Counted from the stretch's first letter, positions 21,175 through 30,799 are shown. The stretch: DNA of 64,000 nt from an uncultured bacterium (GCA_938028835.1 CALIMJ010000013.1:128320-192319), one strand, 5' to 3'. Notes: generated by a model not told the origin, from the letters alone. Made by a program: numbers and translations.

Positions 21175-22919
21175 AACGGCCCCAGACCCTCGCCGGGCTC
21201 GTGCTGGCGGTCCTGGTCCTGTTGCCCGCGGCGATCCAGGACAGCTTTTTCCTCAACGCCATGGTGCACGTGTTCCTGTTCGGCGCGGCGGCGCAGGCCT
21301 GGAACCTGGTGGGTGGGTACGCGGGGCAGATCTCCTTCGGCCATGCGGCGTTCTTCGGGATCGGGGCGTACACCACCGCGTGGTTGTTGAGCCGCCACGG
21401 GCTCAGTCCCTGGTTGGGGATCTGGGTCGGTGCCGCCGTGGCAGCTGGGGTCTCCCTCGCGGTGGGTTACCCGACCTTCCGCCTGCGGCGCCACTTCTTC
21501 GCCCTAGCCACCCTGGCCCTGGCGGAGATTGCGCGCATCTCGTTTTTGAACTGGGAAGCGGTCGGGGCGGCGATCGGGCTGTACCTGCCCCTGCAGTACA
21601 GGAACCGCTTGGCTTACCTCATGTGGGACAGCAAGCCGCCGTACTACTGGACCGCCCTCGCGGTCCTAGCCCTGGCCACGGCGGTGGCATGGGCGGTGGA
21701 TCGCCACCGGGCGGGCCGGTACCTGCGGGCGGTGGAGCAGGACGAGGACGCCGCAGAGATGCTGGGGATCCCCACCCGCCGGTGGAAGCTGTTCGCCATG
21801 GGGCTCAGCGCGGCGCTGACGGCGGTGACCGGGGCGGTATATGCCCTGTACGTGCTGTACATCGACCCGTACAACGTGATGGCCAGCCGCATCTCGTTGC
21901 TGGTGGTGGTCATCGCCCTCCTCGGAGGGCGGGGGACGGTGTGGGGACCGGTCCTCGGGGCGCCGTTCGTCGTGCTCCTGAACGAGTACACGCGGGCGTG
22001 GTTGGGGGGCAGGGGGGCGGGTGCGGACTTCATCCTGTTCGGCCTGGCGGTGGTTCTGGTGTCGTTGTACCAACCGCGGGGCCTGATCGGGCTTCTGGTA
22101 AGACCCTCCCCGCGGCTGCTACCGGCGGTGGCGGGCGCCCAGGGGGACCCGCAGGACGCGCCGCCCGCGGGGGCGGGGGGACCGCTGGTGTTGCAGGTCC
22201 GGGGGATGGAAAAGGCCTTTGGCGGAGTACGGGCCGTGCGGGGAGTGGACCTGGAGGTGCGGCGGGGAGAGATCCTGGGGCTGGTCGGTCCCAACGGAGC
22301 GGGCAAGTCCACCCTGTTCGACTGCCTCACGGGGTTCGTGCGGCCGGACGCGGGACAGGCGGCGGTGGACGGTGTCCACGTCCTGGGGCTTCCACCGCAC
22401 CGGGTGGCGTGGGCGGGCCTAGCACGCACCTTTCAGAACGTACGGGTGTTCCCCGACCTGTCCGTGTGGGACAACCTCCTGTGCGGGGCCGAGCACCGCG
22501 GGGAGGGGCTGTGGGAGGCCACCGTGCGCGAGGTCCCGCCCACAGTGCAGGAGGAGGCGGGCCGGCTCCTGCGCTCGTTCAACCTGTGGGACCACCGCCA
22601 GCGGCCCGCGGGTGAGCTGTCGTACGGTCAGCAGAAGCTCCTGTCCCTGGCCATGGCGGTCCTGCGCCGGCCGAGGGTGGTGCTGCTGGACGAGCCCGCG
22701 GCGGGGGTGAACCCGGTTCTCGTGGAGGAGATCGGGCGCTTGATCCGGGCGCTGAACGCTTCCGGGCTCACCTTCGTGGTGATCGAGCACAACATGGAGT
22801 TCGTGATGCGCATCTGCCACCGGGTCGCATTCATGGCGGAGGGCCAGGTGGTGACGGTAGGCAGGCCGGAGGAGGTCCAGCGGGACCCGCGGGTCCTGGA
22901 GCTGTACTACGGGCGATGA
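21171..22919 (+). CDS. Fused LivM-like permease / LivG-like ATPase (single polypeptide)
   Basis: GTG at 21171 inside ORF 20322..22919; an N-terminal ~300-aa permease is joined by a Pro/Ala-rich linker to an ABC ATPase (GLVGPNGAGKST, LSYGQQKLL, LLDEPAAG). Confidence 0.8.
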   Translation: MKRPQTLAGLVLAVLVLLPAAIQDSFFLNAMVHVFLFGAAAQAWNLVGGYAGQISFGHAAFFGIGAYTTAWLLSRHGLSPWLGIWVGAAVAAGVSLAVGYPTFRLRRHFFALATLALAEIARISFLNWEAVGAAIGLYLPLQYRNRLAYLMWDSKPPYYWTALAVLALATAVAWAVDRHRAGRYLRAVEQDEDAAEMLGIPTRRWKLFAMGLSAALTAVTGAVYALYVLYIDPYNVMASRISLLVVVIALLGGRGTVWGPVLGAPFVVLLNEYTRAWLGGRGAGADFILFGLAVVLVSLYQPRGLIGLLVRPSPRLLPAVAGAQGDPQDAPPAGAGGPLVLQVRGMEKAFGGVRAVRGVDLEVRRGEILGLVGPNGAGKSTLFDCLTGFVRPDAGQAAVDGVHVLGLPPHRVAWAGLARTFQNVRVFPDLSVWDNLLCGAEHRGEGLWEATVREVPPTVQEEAGRLLRSFNLWDHRQRPAGELSYGQQKLLSLAMAVLRRPRVVLLDEPAAGVNPVLVEEIGRLIRALNASGLTFVVIEHNMEFVMRICHRVAFMAEGQVVTVGRPEEVQRDPRVLELYYGR

Positions 22920-23680
22920 GCGCGCTACTGGAGATCTCTGACCTGCACGCGGGCTACGACCGGCGCGAGGTCCTGCGCGGGGTGAACCTGTTCGTGCGGC
23001 CGGCGGAAATCGTGGTGATGATCGGGCCCAACGGGGCTGGCAAGTCCACCCTGCTGCGCACGGTGTTCGGGTTCCTGCGCCCGCAGCGAGGCGAGGTCCG
23101 GCTGGAGGGGGAGCCCCTCGGGGGGCTGTCTCCGCCGGAGGTCCTGCGGCGGGGGGTGTGCTACGTGATGCAGGGCTACAGCGTCCTCCCGAACCTGAGC
23201 GTCTACGACAACCTCCTGCTGGGTGCGTATGTCCGCCGGGATCGGCGGGTGCGGGAGGACGTGGAGCGGGTCCTGGAGCGGTTCCCCATCCTGCGGGAGC
23301 GCCGCCGGGAGAAAGCCCGGGTGCTCAGTGGGGGGGAGCGGCGGATGCTGGAGCTGGCGCGCGTGCTCCTGTTGTCGCCGAAGCTGGTGCTGCTGGACGA
23401 GCCGACCCTGGGCCTGGCGCCCGCGGTGGTGGACCAGGTCTACGGGATGGTGCACGACCTTCGAGCCCAGGGGATCGCCTTCTTCGTGGTGGAGCAGAAC
23501 GCTCGCACCGCGCTTCGGAACGCGGACCGCGCTTACGTCCTGGAGCAGGGAAGGGTGCGTTTCGAGGGCCGCGGGGAGGAGATCCTCCACCACCCGGAGG
23601 TCCAGCGGGCGTACCTGGGCGGGTCGGTCACCCCTCCAGCGGCGCCAGGCGGGACACCTCCTCCACCTCCTCCGGAGTGA
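22916..23680 (+). CDS. livF: Branched-chain amino acid ABC ATPase LivF-like
   Basis: Walker A (GPNGAGKST), signature (LSGGERRML), Walker B (LLDEPT); the 3' end overlaps the convergent AKR gene. Confidence 0.9.
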   Translation: MSALLEISDLHAGYDRREVLRGVNLFVRPAEIVVMIGPNGAGKSTLLRTVFGFLRPQRGEVRLEGEPLGGLSPPEVLRRGVCYVMQGYSVLPNLSVYDNLLLGAYVRRDRRVREDVERVLERFPILRERRREKARVLSGGERRMLELARVLLLSPKLVLLDEPTLGLAPAVVDQVYGMVHDLRAQGIAFFVVEQNARTALRNADRAYVLEQGRVRFEGRGEEILHHPEVQRAYLGGSVTPPAAPGGTPPPPPPE

Positions 23681-24572
23681 GGACCCACTCTGCGGCGCGG
23701 GCGTTGGCCTGGACCTGCTCGGGCGTGGTGGCGCCGGCGATCACCGTGCACACCCCCGGCCGGGCCAGCAGCCACGCGATGGCCAGTTCTGCGAGGGTGT
23801 GGTCCCGCTCCCGGACCCATGCTTCCAGGCGGCGGACGATCTCGAAGTTCCGGGCAGTGGCGAACCGATGGCGCATGTGCTCGAGCTGCGCAAACCGCGT
23901 GCCGGGCGGCGGAGGCTCCTGCTCCCGATACTTGCCGGTGAGCAGGCCCCCGGCGAGGGGGAAGTACGGGATGACACCGATCCCGAAGGCCTGACAGGCG
24001 GGGAGCAGCTCCCGTTCCACCTCGCGGTGCAGAAGGCTGTACTCCGGCTGCACGGTGACGAAGCTTGTCCACCCCCGGCGGTCGCACAGCCACAGGGACC
24101 AGACCAGCTGCCAGGCGGCGAAGTTGGAGCACCCCACGTAGCGGGCCTTACCCTGCCGCACCAGGTCGTTCAAGGCCTCCAGGGTCTCCTCCAGCGGCGT
24201 GTTGGGGTCCCACCGGTGGATCTGGTACAGGTCCACGTAGTCCGTGCCGAGCTTGCGGAGGCTGGACTCGATGCCGGCAAGGATGCGTGCCCGAGAGCCC
24301 CCGCGCTGGTTGGGACCGGGGCCGAGCTCCCACCCGATCTTGGTGGCGATCACCGCCTCGTGGCGGCGTCCCCGCAGGGCGCGCCCCAGGTACTCTTCTG
24401 ACCTTCCCTGCCCGTAGCTGTCCGCGGTGTCGAAAAACGTGATCCCGCAGTCCAGGGCGGTCCGCACCACGCGCTCGGTGCCCTCCGCGTCCAAGGCGCG
24501 GCCGAAGTTGTTGCACCCCATCCCCACCACTGAGACCTCCAGTCCCGAGCGTCCCAAACGTCGGTACCTCAC
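23628..24572 (-). CDS. Aldo/keto reductase
   Basis: GTG start at 24572 preceded by the SD GGAGGAGG; the protein reads VRYRRLGRSGLEVSVVGMGCNNFG...; AKR (beta/alpha)8 motifs. Confidence 0.9.
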   Translation of the reverse strand: MRYRRLGRSGLEVSVVGMGCNNFGRALDAEGTERVVRTALDCGITFFDTADSYGQGRSEEYLGRALRGRRHEAVIATKIGWELGPGPNQRGGSRARILAGIESSLRKLGTDYVDLYQIHRWDPNTPLEETLEALNDLVRQGKARYVGCSNFAAWQLVWSLWLCDRRGWTSFVTVQPEYSLLHREVERELLPACQAFGIGVIPYFPLAGGLLTGKYREQEPPPPGTRFAQLEHMRHRFATARNFEIVRRLEAWVRERDHTLAELAIAWLLARPGVCTVIAGATTPEQVQANARAAEWVLTPEEVEEVSRLAPLEG

Positions 24573-24626
24573 GGCACCTCCTCCTTCCCCGCAGGAATCT
24601 GTCCGGCGCCGGCGAACTACAGACCC

Positions 24627-24986
24627 GTGTCGGACGAGGTGTTGTTGGTGCTGCCCGACACGCGGCTGCGAGCTTTCGTGCTGGCCCACCTACAGGAGGA
24701 AGGATACCAGGTGGTCGCCGTGCCGGAGTTCGGCGCTGCCCGCGGGCTGCTGGCCCGCGGGCAGCGGCCGAGGGTGGTGGTGGCTGAGCTGGCGGCGGCT
24801 TCGGACCCGGAGCTCCAGGGCCTGGCCCGGAGCGGCGTGGCGGTGCTGGCGGTAAGCGGGCAGTTGGAGCGGGACAGGGCCGCGCGGCTGGGCCTGCCCT
24901 ACGTGGTGCGGCCCTTCACGGTGGGCCAGCTGGTGGAGCGCGTCCGCAGCCTGGCGGGGCGCCCGGAGGCGCCGCCGCGGCCGTAA
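24627..24986 (+). CDS. Stand-alone atypical receiver (REC-like) domain protein
   Basis: 119 aa with a CheY-like fold pattern; Glu replaces the phospho-acceptor Asp (VVVAELAAA); the conserved Ser (AVSG) and K-to-R (RPF) positions are retained. Confidence 0.5.
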   Translation: MSDEVLLVLPDTRLRAFVLAHLQEEGYQVVAVPEFGAARGLLARGQRPRVVVAELAAASDPELQGLARSGVAVLAVSGQLERDRAARLGLPYVVRPFTVGQLVERVRSLAGRPEAPPRP

Positions 24987-24995
24987 GTCGGAGGT

Positions 24996-25784
24996 GTGAT
25001 GCCGAACTTCGCCCCCAACCTCAGCATGCTGTTCGGCGAATACGGGTTTCTGGATCGGTTCGAGGCCGCGGCGCGCGAGGGCTTTGCGTGGGTGGAGTTC
25101 CAGTTCCCGCAGGCGACCCCCGAGGAGGTGGCCCGGGCCTTGCGGGAAACGGGGCTCCGCCTGGTGCTGTTCAACCTCCCCGCGGGTGACTGGGAGGCGG
25201 GCGACCGCGGCATCGCCGCGGATCCCGACCGCAGGGAGACCTTCCGCCGGGGCGTGCAGGAGGCGGCAGACCTGGCGCGCCTGTGGGGCTGCCCAAAGCT
25301 CAACGCGCTGGCCGGACGGAAGCGGGAGGGCGTGTCCGAGGGGGAACAGTGGCAATGCTTGGTGGACAACCTGCGCTTCGCCGCGGGGGTACTGGCCGCG
25401 GTCGGCCTCACGCTGCTGGTGGAGCCGGTGAACCCCCACGACGTGCCCGGGTTCCTGGTGCCCACCACCGCGGAAGGGGAGCGGCTGCTGGACGCGGTGG
25501 AGAGGCCCAACGTGCGCCTGCAGTGCGACCTCTACCACATGCAGCGGGCCGAGGGGAACCTGGTCCCCACCCTGCGCCGAGTGCTGCCCCGGTTGGGCCA
25601 CGTGCAGATCGCGGACGCGCCGGACCGGCACGAGCCGGGAACGGGAGAGATCCACTACCCCTACGTGCTGCGGGAGCTTGACCGGGCGGGGTACGGCGGC
25701 TTCGTGGGCCTGGAGTACCGGCCCGCGGGCCGGACGGAGGAAGGCTTGCGCTGGATCGAGGACATGGGGTTCCGCCGACGTTGA
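24996..25784 (+). CDS. hyi: Hydroxypyruvate isomerase / 2-oxo-tetronate isomerase (TIM-barrel, Hyi/OtnI family)
   Basis: The PNFAPNLSMLFGEYGFLDRF N-terminus is typical of Hyi; 262 aa. Confidence 0.85.
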   Translation: MMPNFAPNLSMLFGEYGFLDRFEAAAREGFAWVEFQFPQATPEEVARALRETGLRLVLFNLPAGDWEAGDRGIAADPDRRETFRRGVQEAADLARLWGCPKLNALAGRKREGVSEGEQWQCLVDNLRFAAGVLAAVGLTLLVEPVNPHDVPGFLVPTTAEGERLLDAVERPNVRLQCDLYHMQRAEGNLVPTLRRVLPRLGHVQIADAPDRHEPGTGEIHYPYVLRELDRAGYGGFVGLEYRPAGRTEEGLRWIEDMGFRRR

Positions 25785-25826
25785 CACGGGCCTGTGACGC
25801 GGCGAAGCCGTGAGAGGAGGGAGAGC

Positions 25827-26705
25827 GTGCGGGTCGGCTTCGTAGGGTTGGGCATTATGGGCAAGCCCATGGCGCGGAACCTGTTGCGGGCGGGATACCC
25901 GGTCACGGTTCACAACCGCAGCCGGCCTCCGGTGGAGGAACTGGTGGCGGAGGGCGCCACGGACGGGGGTTCGCCGCAGGGCGTGGCGGAGCAGTCCGAG
26001 GTGGTCCTCACCATGCTGCCCGACACGCCGGACGTGGAGCACGTGACCTTCGGCCCTCGCGGGCTGGTGGAGGGGCTGCGGCCGGGTTCCGTGTTGGTGG
26101 ACATGAGCACCATCTCCCCTGTGGCCACCCGATTCATAGCCGCGCGGCTGCGGGAGCGGGGGGTCGAGATGCTGGACGCCCCCGTCAGCGGGGGACAGCG
26201 CGGCGCGGAGGAGGGGACCCTCTCCATCATGGTGGGCGGGGATCCGCAGACCTTCGAACGCCTCCGGCCGCTGTTCCAGGTGCTCGGGAAGAACGTGGTG
26301 CACGTGGGTCCCGTGGGGGCTGGGCAGGTATGCAAGGCGTGCAACCAGGTGGTGGTGGCCCTCACCCTCCAGGCGGTGGCGGAGGCGCTGGTCCTGGCGG
26401 AGCGGAACGGCGTCGACCCCGTCCGGGTGCGACAGGCGTTGCTGGGGGGGTTCGCGGGCAGCCGCATCCTGGAGGTGCACGGGCAGCGTATGTTGGAGGG
26501 CAACTACCAGCCCGGGTTCCGGGCGCGGCTGCACCATAAGGACCTGCGGATCGCCCTGGAGACCGGGCGCAGCGCAGGCGTCCCGATGCTGGGCACCGCC
26601 CTCGTCCACGAGCTGTTGGGCGCCGTGGTGGCCCGGGGCTGGGGGGACCTGGATCACTCCGCCCTCGCGCGTCTGGTGGGCGAGCTGGCTGGGGGCGCGG
26701 GCTAG
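25827..26705 (+). CDS. garR: 2-hydroxy-3-oxopropionate (tartronate semialdehyde) reductase / 3-hydroxyisobutyrate-dehydrogenase family
   Basis: GTG at 25827 after the [14 protein letters not shown]; VGFVGLGIMGKPMARNL Rossmann motif; substrate assignment is by family only. Confidence 0.8.
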   Translation: MRVGFVGLGIMGKPMARNLLRAGYPVTVHNRSRPPVEELVAEGATDGGSPQGVAEQSEVVLTMLPDTPDVEHVTFGPRGLVEGLRPGSVLVDMSTISPVATRFIAARLRERGVEMLDAPVSGGQRGAEEGTLSIMVGGDPQTFERLRPLFQVLGKNVVHVGPVGAGQVCKACNQVVVALTLQAVAEALVLAERNGVDPVRVRQALLGGFAGSRILEVHGQRMLEGNYQPGFRARLHHKDLRIALETGRSAGVPMLGTALVHELLGAVVARGWGDLDHSALARLVGELAGGAG

Positions 26706-26727
26706 GCCGCGACGTCCGTGGACCTCG

Positions 26728-26756
26728 TTGTGGGCCGGTGCGCCGCGTGGTAGAGT
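26728..26756 (+). promoter_or_regulatory. Candidate sigma-A-type promoter for glnA
   Basis: TTGTGG, 17 nt, TAGAGT, ending ~35 nt upstream of the glnA ATG. Confidence 0.35.
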
Positions 26757-26792
26757 ACCTGCCGAGTTCTCGCGGCGAGGCGAGGAGGTCCC

Positions 26793-28115
26793 ATGGACAA
26801 GCGAGAGGTGTTGGAGAAGGCGGAGGCGCTCAACGTACGGTTCGTCCGGCTGCAGTTCACGGACATCTTCGGCACCCTGAAGAACGTGGAGATCCCGGTG
26901 GAGATGCTGGAGAAGGCCCTCGAGGAGGGCATCATGTTTGACGGGTCGTCCATCGAGGGCTTCGTCCGGATCGAGGAGTCGGATATGGTCCTCGTCCCGG
27001 ACCCCGACACCTTCGCCCTGTTCCCGTGGAAGGACGCTCAGGCGGTCACCGCGCGGCTGATCTGCGACGTCTACACCGCGGACGGGGACCCCTTCCCGGG
27101 CGACCCGCGGTACGTGCTCAAGCGGATGGTCCAGCGGGCGGCGCAGCAGGGCTACACCATGATGGCGGGACCGGAGTGCGAGTTCTTCCTGTTCCCCACG
27201 GACGCGGAGGGCCAGCCGGTCCTCACCACCCACGACCAGGCGGGCTACTTCGACCTCGCCCCCATCGACCGGGGGGAGGAGGCCCGGGCCGACATGATCA
27301 CCGCCCTCAGCGCCATGGGGTTCGAGGTGGAGGCGGGGCACCACGAGGTCGCGCACGGGCAGCACGAGATCGACTTCAAGTATGCGGACGTGCTGCGCAC
27401 CGCAGACAACGTGGTGACCTTCCGGTTCGTGGTCCGCACCATCGCGCGCCACCACGGCCTGCACGCTACCTTCATGCCCAAGCCCATCACGGGGATCAAC
27501 GGGTCCGGGATGCACACTCACCAGTCCCTGTTCCGGGACGGCCGGAACGCTTTCGACGACCCCTCAGGCCCCTACGGCCTGAGCTCCGTGTGCCTGCACT
27601 ACATCGGGGGCCTGCTGGAGCACGCGCGGGGCATGGCTCTGGTCACCAATCCCTTGGTGAACTCCTACAAGCGGCTCGTGCCGGGGTACGAGGCGCCGGT
27701 GTACATCGCGTGGGCGGAGCGCAACCGGTCGCCCCTGGTCCGCATCCCCGCGGCCCGCGGGCAGGCGACCCGGGTAGAGCTGCGGATGCCGGACCCCTCC
27801 TGCAATCCGTACCTCGCGTTCGCGGTCCTGCTGGCCGCAGGGCTGGACGGCATCGACCGGAAGCTGGACCCCGGTCCGCCCCTGAACCGGAATATCTACG
27901 CCATGACCGAAGACGAACTGGAGACCCTGGACATCCGGGTGCTGCCGCGGAACCTGGGGGAGGCCATGGAGGCCTTCAAGGCGGACGAGGTGGTCTGCGA
28001 GGCGCTGGGGTCTCACGTGGTGACGGACCTGTTGAAGGCCAAGCGGCAGGAGTGGCGGGAGTACATCGCCCAGGTGCACAGCTGGGAGGTGGATCGGTAC
28101 CTGACCCGTTACTAG
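26793..28115 (+). CDS. glnA: Glutamine synthetase type I
   Basis: 440 aa; GS beta-grasp and catalytic motifs (KPITGINGSGMHTHQS, NPYLAFAV). Confidence 0.95.
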   Translation: MDKREVLEKAEALNVRFVRLQFTDIFGTLKNVEIPVEMLEKALEEGIMFDGSSIEGFVRIEESDMVLVPDPDTFALFPWKDAQAVTARLICDVYTADGDPFPGDPRYVLKRMVQRAAQQGYTMMAGPECEFFLFPTDAEGQPVLTTHDQAGYFDLAPIDRGEEARADMITALSAMGFEVEAGHHEVAHGQHEIDFKYADVLRTADNVVTFRFVVRTIARHHGLHATFMPKPITGINGSGMHTHQSLFRDGRNAFDDPSGPYGLSSVCLHYIGGLLEHARGMALVTNPLVNSYKRLVPGYEAPVYIAWAERNRSPLVRIPAARGQATRVELRMPDPSCNPYLAFAVLLAAGLDGIDRKLDPGPPLNRNIYAMTEDELETLDIRVLPRNLGEAMEAFKADEVVCEALGSHVVTDLLKAKRQEWREYIAQVHSWEVDRYLTRY

Positions 28116-28140
28116 GATGCGGATGGAGGGAGGTGAGGCA

Positions 28141-28587
28141 GTGGTTACCCGTTGGGGAGCCTGGGTGGGGAGGGGCGGGATCCGCAACCTTATCATGACG
28201 CTGGCGGCGGTCGTAGGCCTGACGACCGCTGTGGGGTGGGGGCAGGGGCAGCAGCAGGAAGTGGGCGCCATCTATCTGTGCAACGAAGTGGCCCTACGGA
28301 TCCGCACGGCTGCGGGCGGCTTATCCTTGGAGGGCCGGCGGGAGGCCATACGGCTGCGGATCGTGCGCGCCTACGGGGGCGAAACGGTCACCGCGGCGAA
28401 CATCCGGCTGAGCCGGCAGGGCGGCGACTGGGTGATCGCGGTGGGCGAGACCACCCTCGTGACGGTTACGGAGGCGGACGGCCGTGCCAACGGCACCACG
28501 GCCGCGGGCCTGGCGCAGGTGTGGGCTGAGCGGCTGCGTGCCCTCATGCCACGTTGTCGGCCCGAGGGGGTGCCGCGGCGCCCTTAG
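28141..28587 (+). CDS. Hypothetical exported or membrane-anchored protein
   Basis: GTG after the [16 protein letters not shown]; hydrophobic N-terminus (LIMTLAAVVGLTTAVG); no family recognised. Confidence 0.4.
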   Translation: MVTRWGAWVGRGGIRNLIMTLAAVVGLTTAVGWGQGQQQEVGAIYLCNEVALRIRTAAGGLSLEGRREAIRLRIVRAYGGETVTAANIRLSRQGGDWVIAVGETTLVTVTEADGRANGTTAAGLAQVWAERLRALMPRCRPEGVPRRP

Positions 28588-28665
28588 CCCTCCTCCGTCC
28601 GCTCCGGGTGGGCTCCCGCGGTCGGGAAGCCTGGGGCGCGGGGCGGCGTTGTGTAAAATACGGAT

Positions 28666-29634
28666 ATGGGAGACCGGAGCGTGTCGCGCCCCACCCTGGG
28701 GGATGTCGAGCAGATCCTGACGGCCCTCGCGCAGGAAGGCTACATCGCGGACCGCGAGATCGCCACCGCCATCTACCTGTCCATCGAGCTGCACAAGCCC
28801 CTGCTGGTGGAGGGCGCCGCCGGCGTGGGCAAGACGGAGATCGCCAAGGTCATGGCCCGCGCCCTGGACACGGACCTCATCCGGCTGCAGTGCTACGAGG
28901 GGCTGGACGTCAACACAGCCCTCTATGAGTGGAACTACCAGAAGCAGATGCTCCGGATCCGCCTGGAGGAGGGGAGCGGCCGGACGCCGGAGGAAAAGGA
29001 GCAGACCATCTTCTCCGAGCCGTTCCTCCTGCGGCGTCCCCTCCTGCAGGCGATCACACACCCCCGGGCGCCGGTCCTCCTGGTGGACGAGATCGACCGG
29101 GTGGATGAGGAGTTCGAGGCGTTCCTTTTGGAGTTGCTGAGCGACTGGCAGATCACCATCCCGGAGATCGGCACCATCCGCGCCCAGCACGTCCCCTATG
29201 TGGTCCTCACCAGCAACCGGACCCGGGAGCTGTCCGACGCCCTGCGCCGGCGGTGCCTGTACCTGTGGATCGACTATCCCAGCTTCGAGAAGGAGCTGGC
29301 CATCGTGCTCCGCAAGGTGCCGGGGATCTCGCGGCAGCTGGCGGAGCAGATCGCGGCGTTCCTGCACGCGGTGCGGGCGCTGGACCTACAGAAGGTGCCC
29401 GGGGTGGCGGAGACGTTGGACTGGAGCGCGGCCCTCCTGCGCCTGCACCGGGACCACCTGGATCGGGAGGCGGTGGAGCGTACCCTGGGGTGCCTGTTCA
29501 AACACCACGAGGACCAGCGGGTGGCCCGGGGCCCGTGGCTGGACCGGGTGCTAGCCGTCATCGCGGACGCGCAGCGGGACGGCCAGTCCGTGCAGGCGGC
29601 CCTGGACCGTTTGGAGCGGCTGGCGAGGGGGTAG
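28666..29634 (+). CDS. MoxR-family AAA+ ATPase, CoxD-like
   Basis: Walker A (EGAAGVGKT), Walker B (LVDEIDR), sensor region; MoxR/CoxD architecture. Confidence 0.85.
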   Translation: MGDRSVSRPTLGDVEQILTALAQEGYIADREIATAIYLSIELHKPLLVEGAAGVGKTEIAKVMARALDTDLIRLQCYEGLDVNTALYEWNYQKQMLRIRLEEGSGRTPEEKEQTIFSEPFLLRRPLLQAITHPRAPVLLVDEIDRVDEEFEAFLLELLSDWQITIPEIGTIRAQHVPYVVLTSNRTRELSDALRRRCLYLWIDYPSFEKELAIVLRKVPGISRQLAEQIAAFLHAVRALDLQKVPGVAETLDWSAALLRLHRDHLDREAVERTLGCLFKHHEDQRVARGPWLDRVLAVIADAQRDGQSVQAALDRLERLARG

Positions 29635-29648
29635 GCGGGCCCGGGCAG

Positions 29649-30794
29649 ATGCGGCCGGACTTCGGCAGCCTCACGGAACACGTGGTGGAGTTCAGCCGGC
29701 GGCTCCGGGCCCGGGGCGTCCTGTGCGGGCCTGCGGAGACGGCGGACGCCCTGCGGGCTCTGCGGGCGGTCAACGTCGTGGATCGGGAAGCCTTCCGCTT
29801 GGCCCTGCGCACCACCCTGCCGCACCGCCGGGAGGACCTGGGGGTGTTCGACGCCCTGTTCGACGCGTACTGGCGGACAGGAGGAGCTCCGCAGTCCGAG
29901 CAGCGGGAGGATCGGGCGGGGCCGCAGGCCCTGGCCGAGGCCGCCAGCCTGGGCACCCCCTCGCTGCGGCGCTGGGCGGAGGAGGCTGCCGAGGGAGAGC
30001 AGGAGCTGCCGGGCTACAGTCCGGTGGAGGTGCTGAGCCGCAAGGACTTCTCCAGCTTCCGGGAGGACGAGCTGGACGTGATCGCGCGTCTCGTGGTGGC
30101 CATCGCGCGGCGCATCGCCACCCGGTGGAGCCGGCGGCGGCGCCGGGCGCGGCGCAGCCACCTCCTGGACATGCGCCGGACGCTCCGGCTGCACCTGCGG
30201 TGGGGAGGGGAGTTGCCCGGGCTCGCCTTCCAGCGGCGGAAGGTCCGCAAGCACCGGGTGGTCCTGCTGTGCGACGTGTCCGGCTCCATGGACGTCTACA
30301 GCCGGTTCCTCATCCAGTTCGTGTACGCGCTGCAGGAGACCCTCGGGAGGGTGGAGTCCTTCGTGTTCAGCACCTCCCTGACCCGGGTCACCGAGGAGCT
30401 GCGAACCCGCTCCCTGCGGGCTGCCCTGGACCGGCTCAGCCAAAGGGTGCCCAACTGGTCCGGCGGCACCAAGATCGGGACGAGCCTGCGGCAGTTTCTG
30501 GACCGGTACGGAGGGCTGCTGGACGGGCGCACGGTGGTGCTCATCGTGAGTGATGGGTGGGACACGGGGGAGGTGGAGGTGCTGCGCAGGGCCATGCAGG
30601 AGATCCGCTCGCGGGCGGCTCGGGTCATCTGGCTGAACCCCCTCCTGGGCAGCCCGGGCTACCAGCCCCTCACCCGCGGGATGCAGGCCGCGCTGCCGTA
30701 CGTCCACGTCTTCGCCTCGGCCCACAACGCGGACAGCCTGCGGGAGCTGGAGCGGGTCCTGTCCCAGGGACGGATGGGGAGGCCGAGGAGGTAA
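29649..30794 (+). CDS. VWA-domain protein, CoxE-like
   Basis: ATG at 29649 inside ORF 29253..30794; VWA MIDAS motif (LLCDVSGSM); it follows MoxR, as in coxDE. Confidence 0.8.
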   Translation: MRPDFGSLTEHVVEFSRRLRARGVLCGPAETADALRALRAVNVVDREAFRLALRTTLPHRREDLGVFDALFDAYWRTGGAPQSEQREDRAGPQALAEAASLGTPSLRRWAEEAAEGEQELPGYSPVEVLSRKDFSSFREDELDVIARLVVAIARRIATRWSRRRRRARRSHLLDMRRTLRLHLRWGGELPGLAFQRRKVRKHRVVLLCDVSGSMDVYSRFLIQFVYALQETLGRVESFVFSTSLTRVTEELRTRSLRAALDRLSQRVPNWSGGTKIGTSLRQFLDRYGGLLDGRTVVLIVSDGWDTGEVEVLRRAMQEIRSRAARVIWLNPLLGSPGYQPLTRGMQAALPYVHVFASAHNADSLRELERVLSQGRMGRPRR

Positions 30795-30799
30795 GGGGC

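Noticed and set aside
24690-27521. 943-aa minus-strand ORF
   Set aside because: Antisense to the receiver-like gene, hyi, garR and glnA, all of which have strong family signatures. A GC-artefact ORF.
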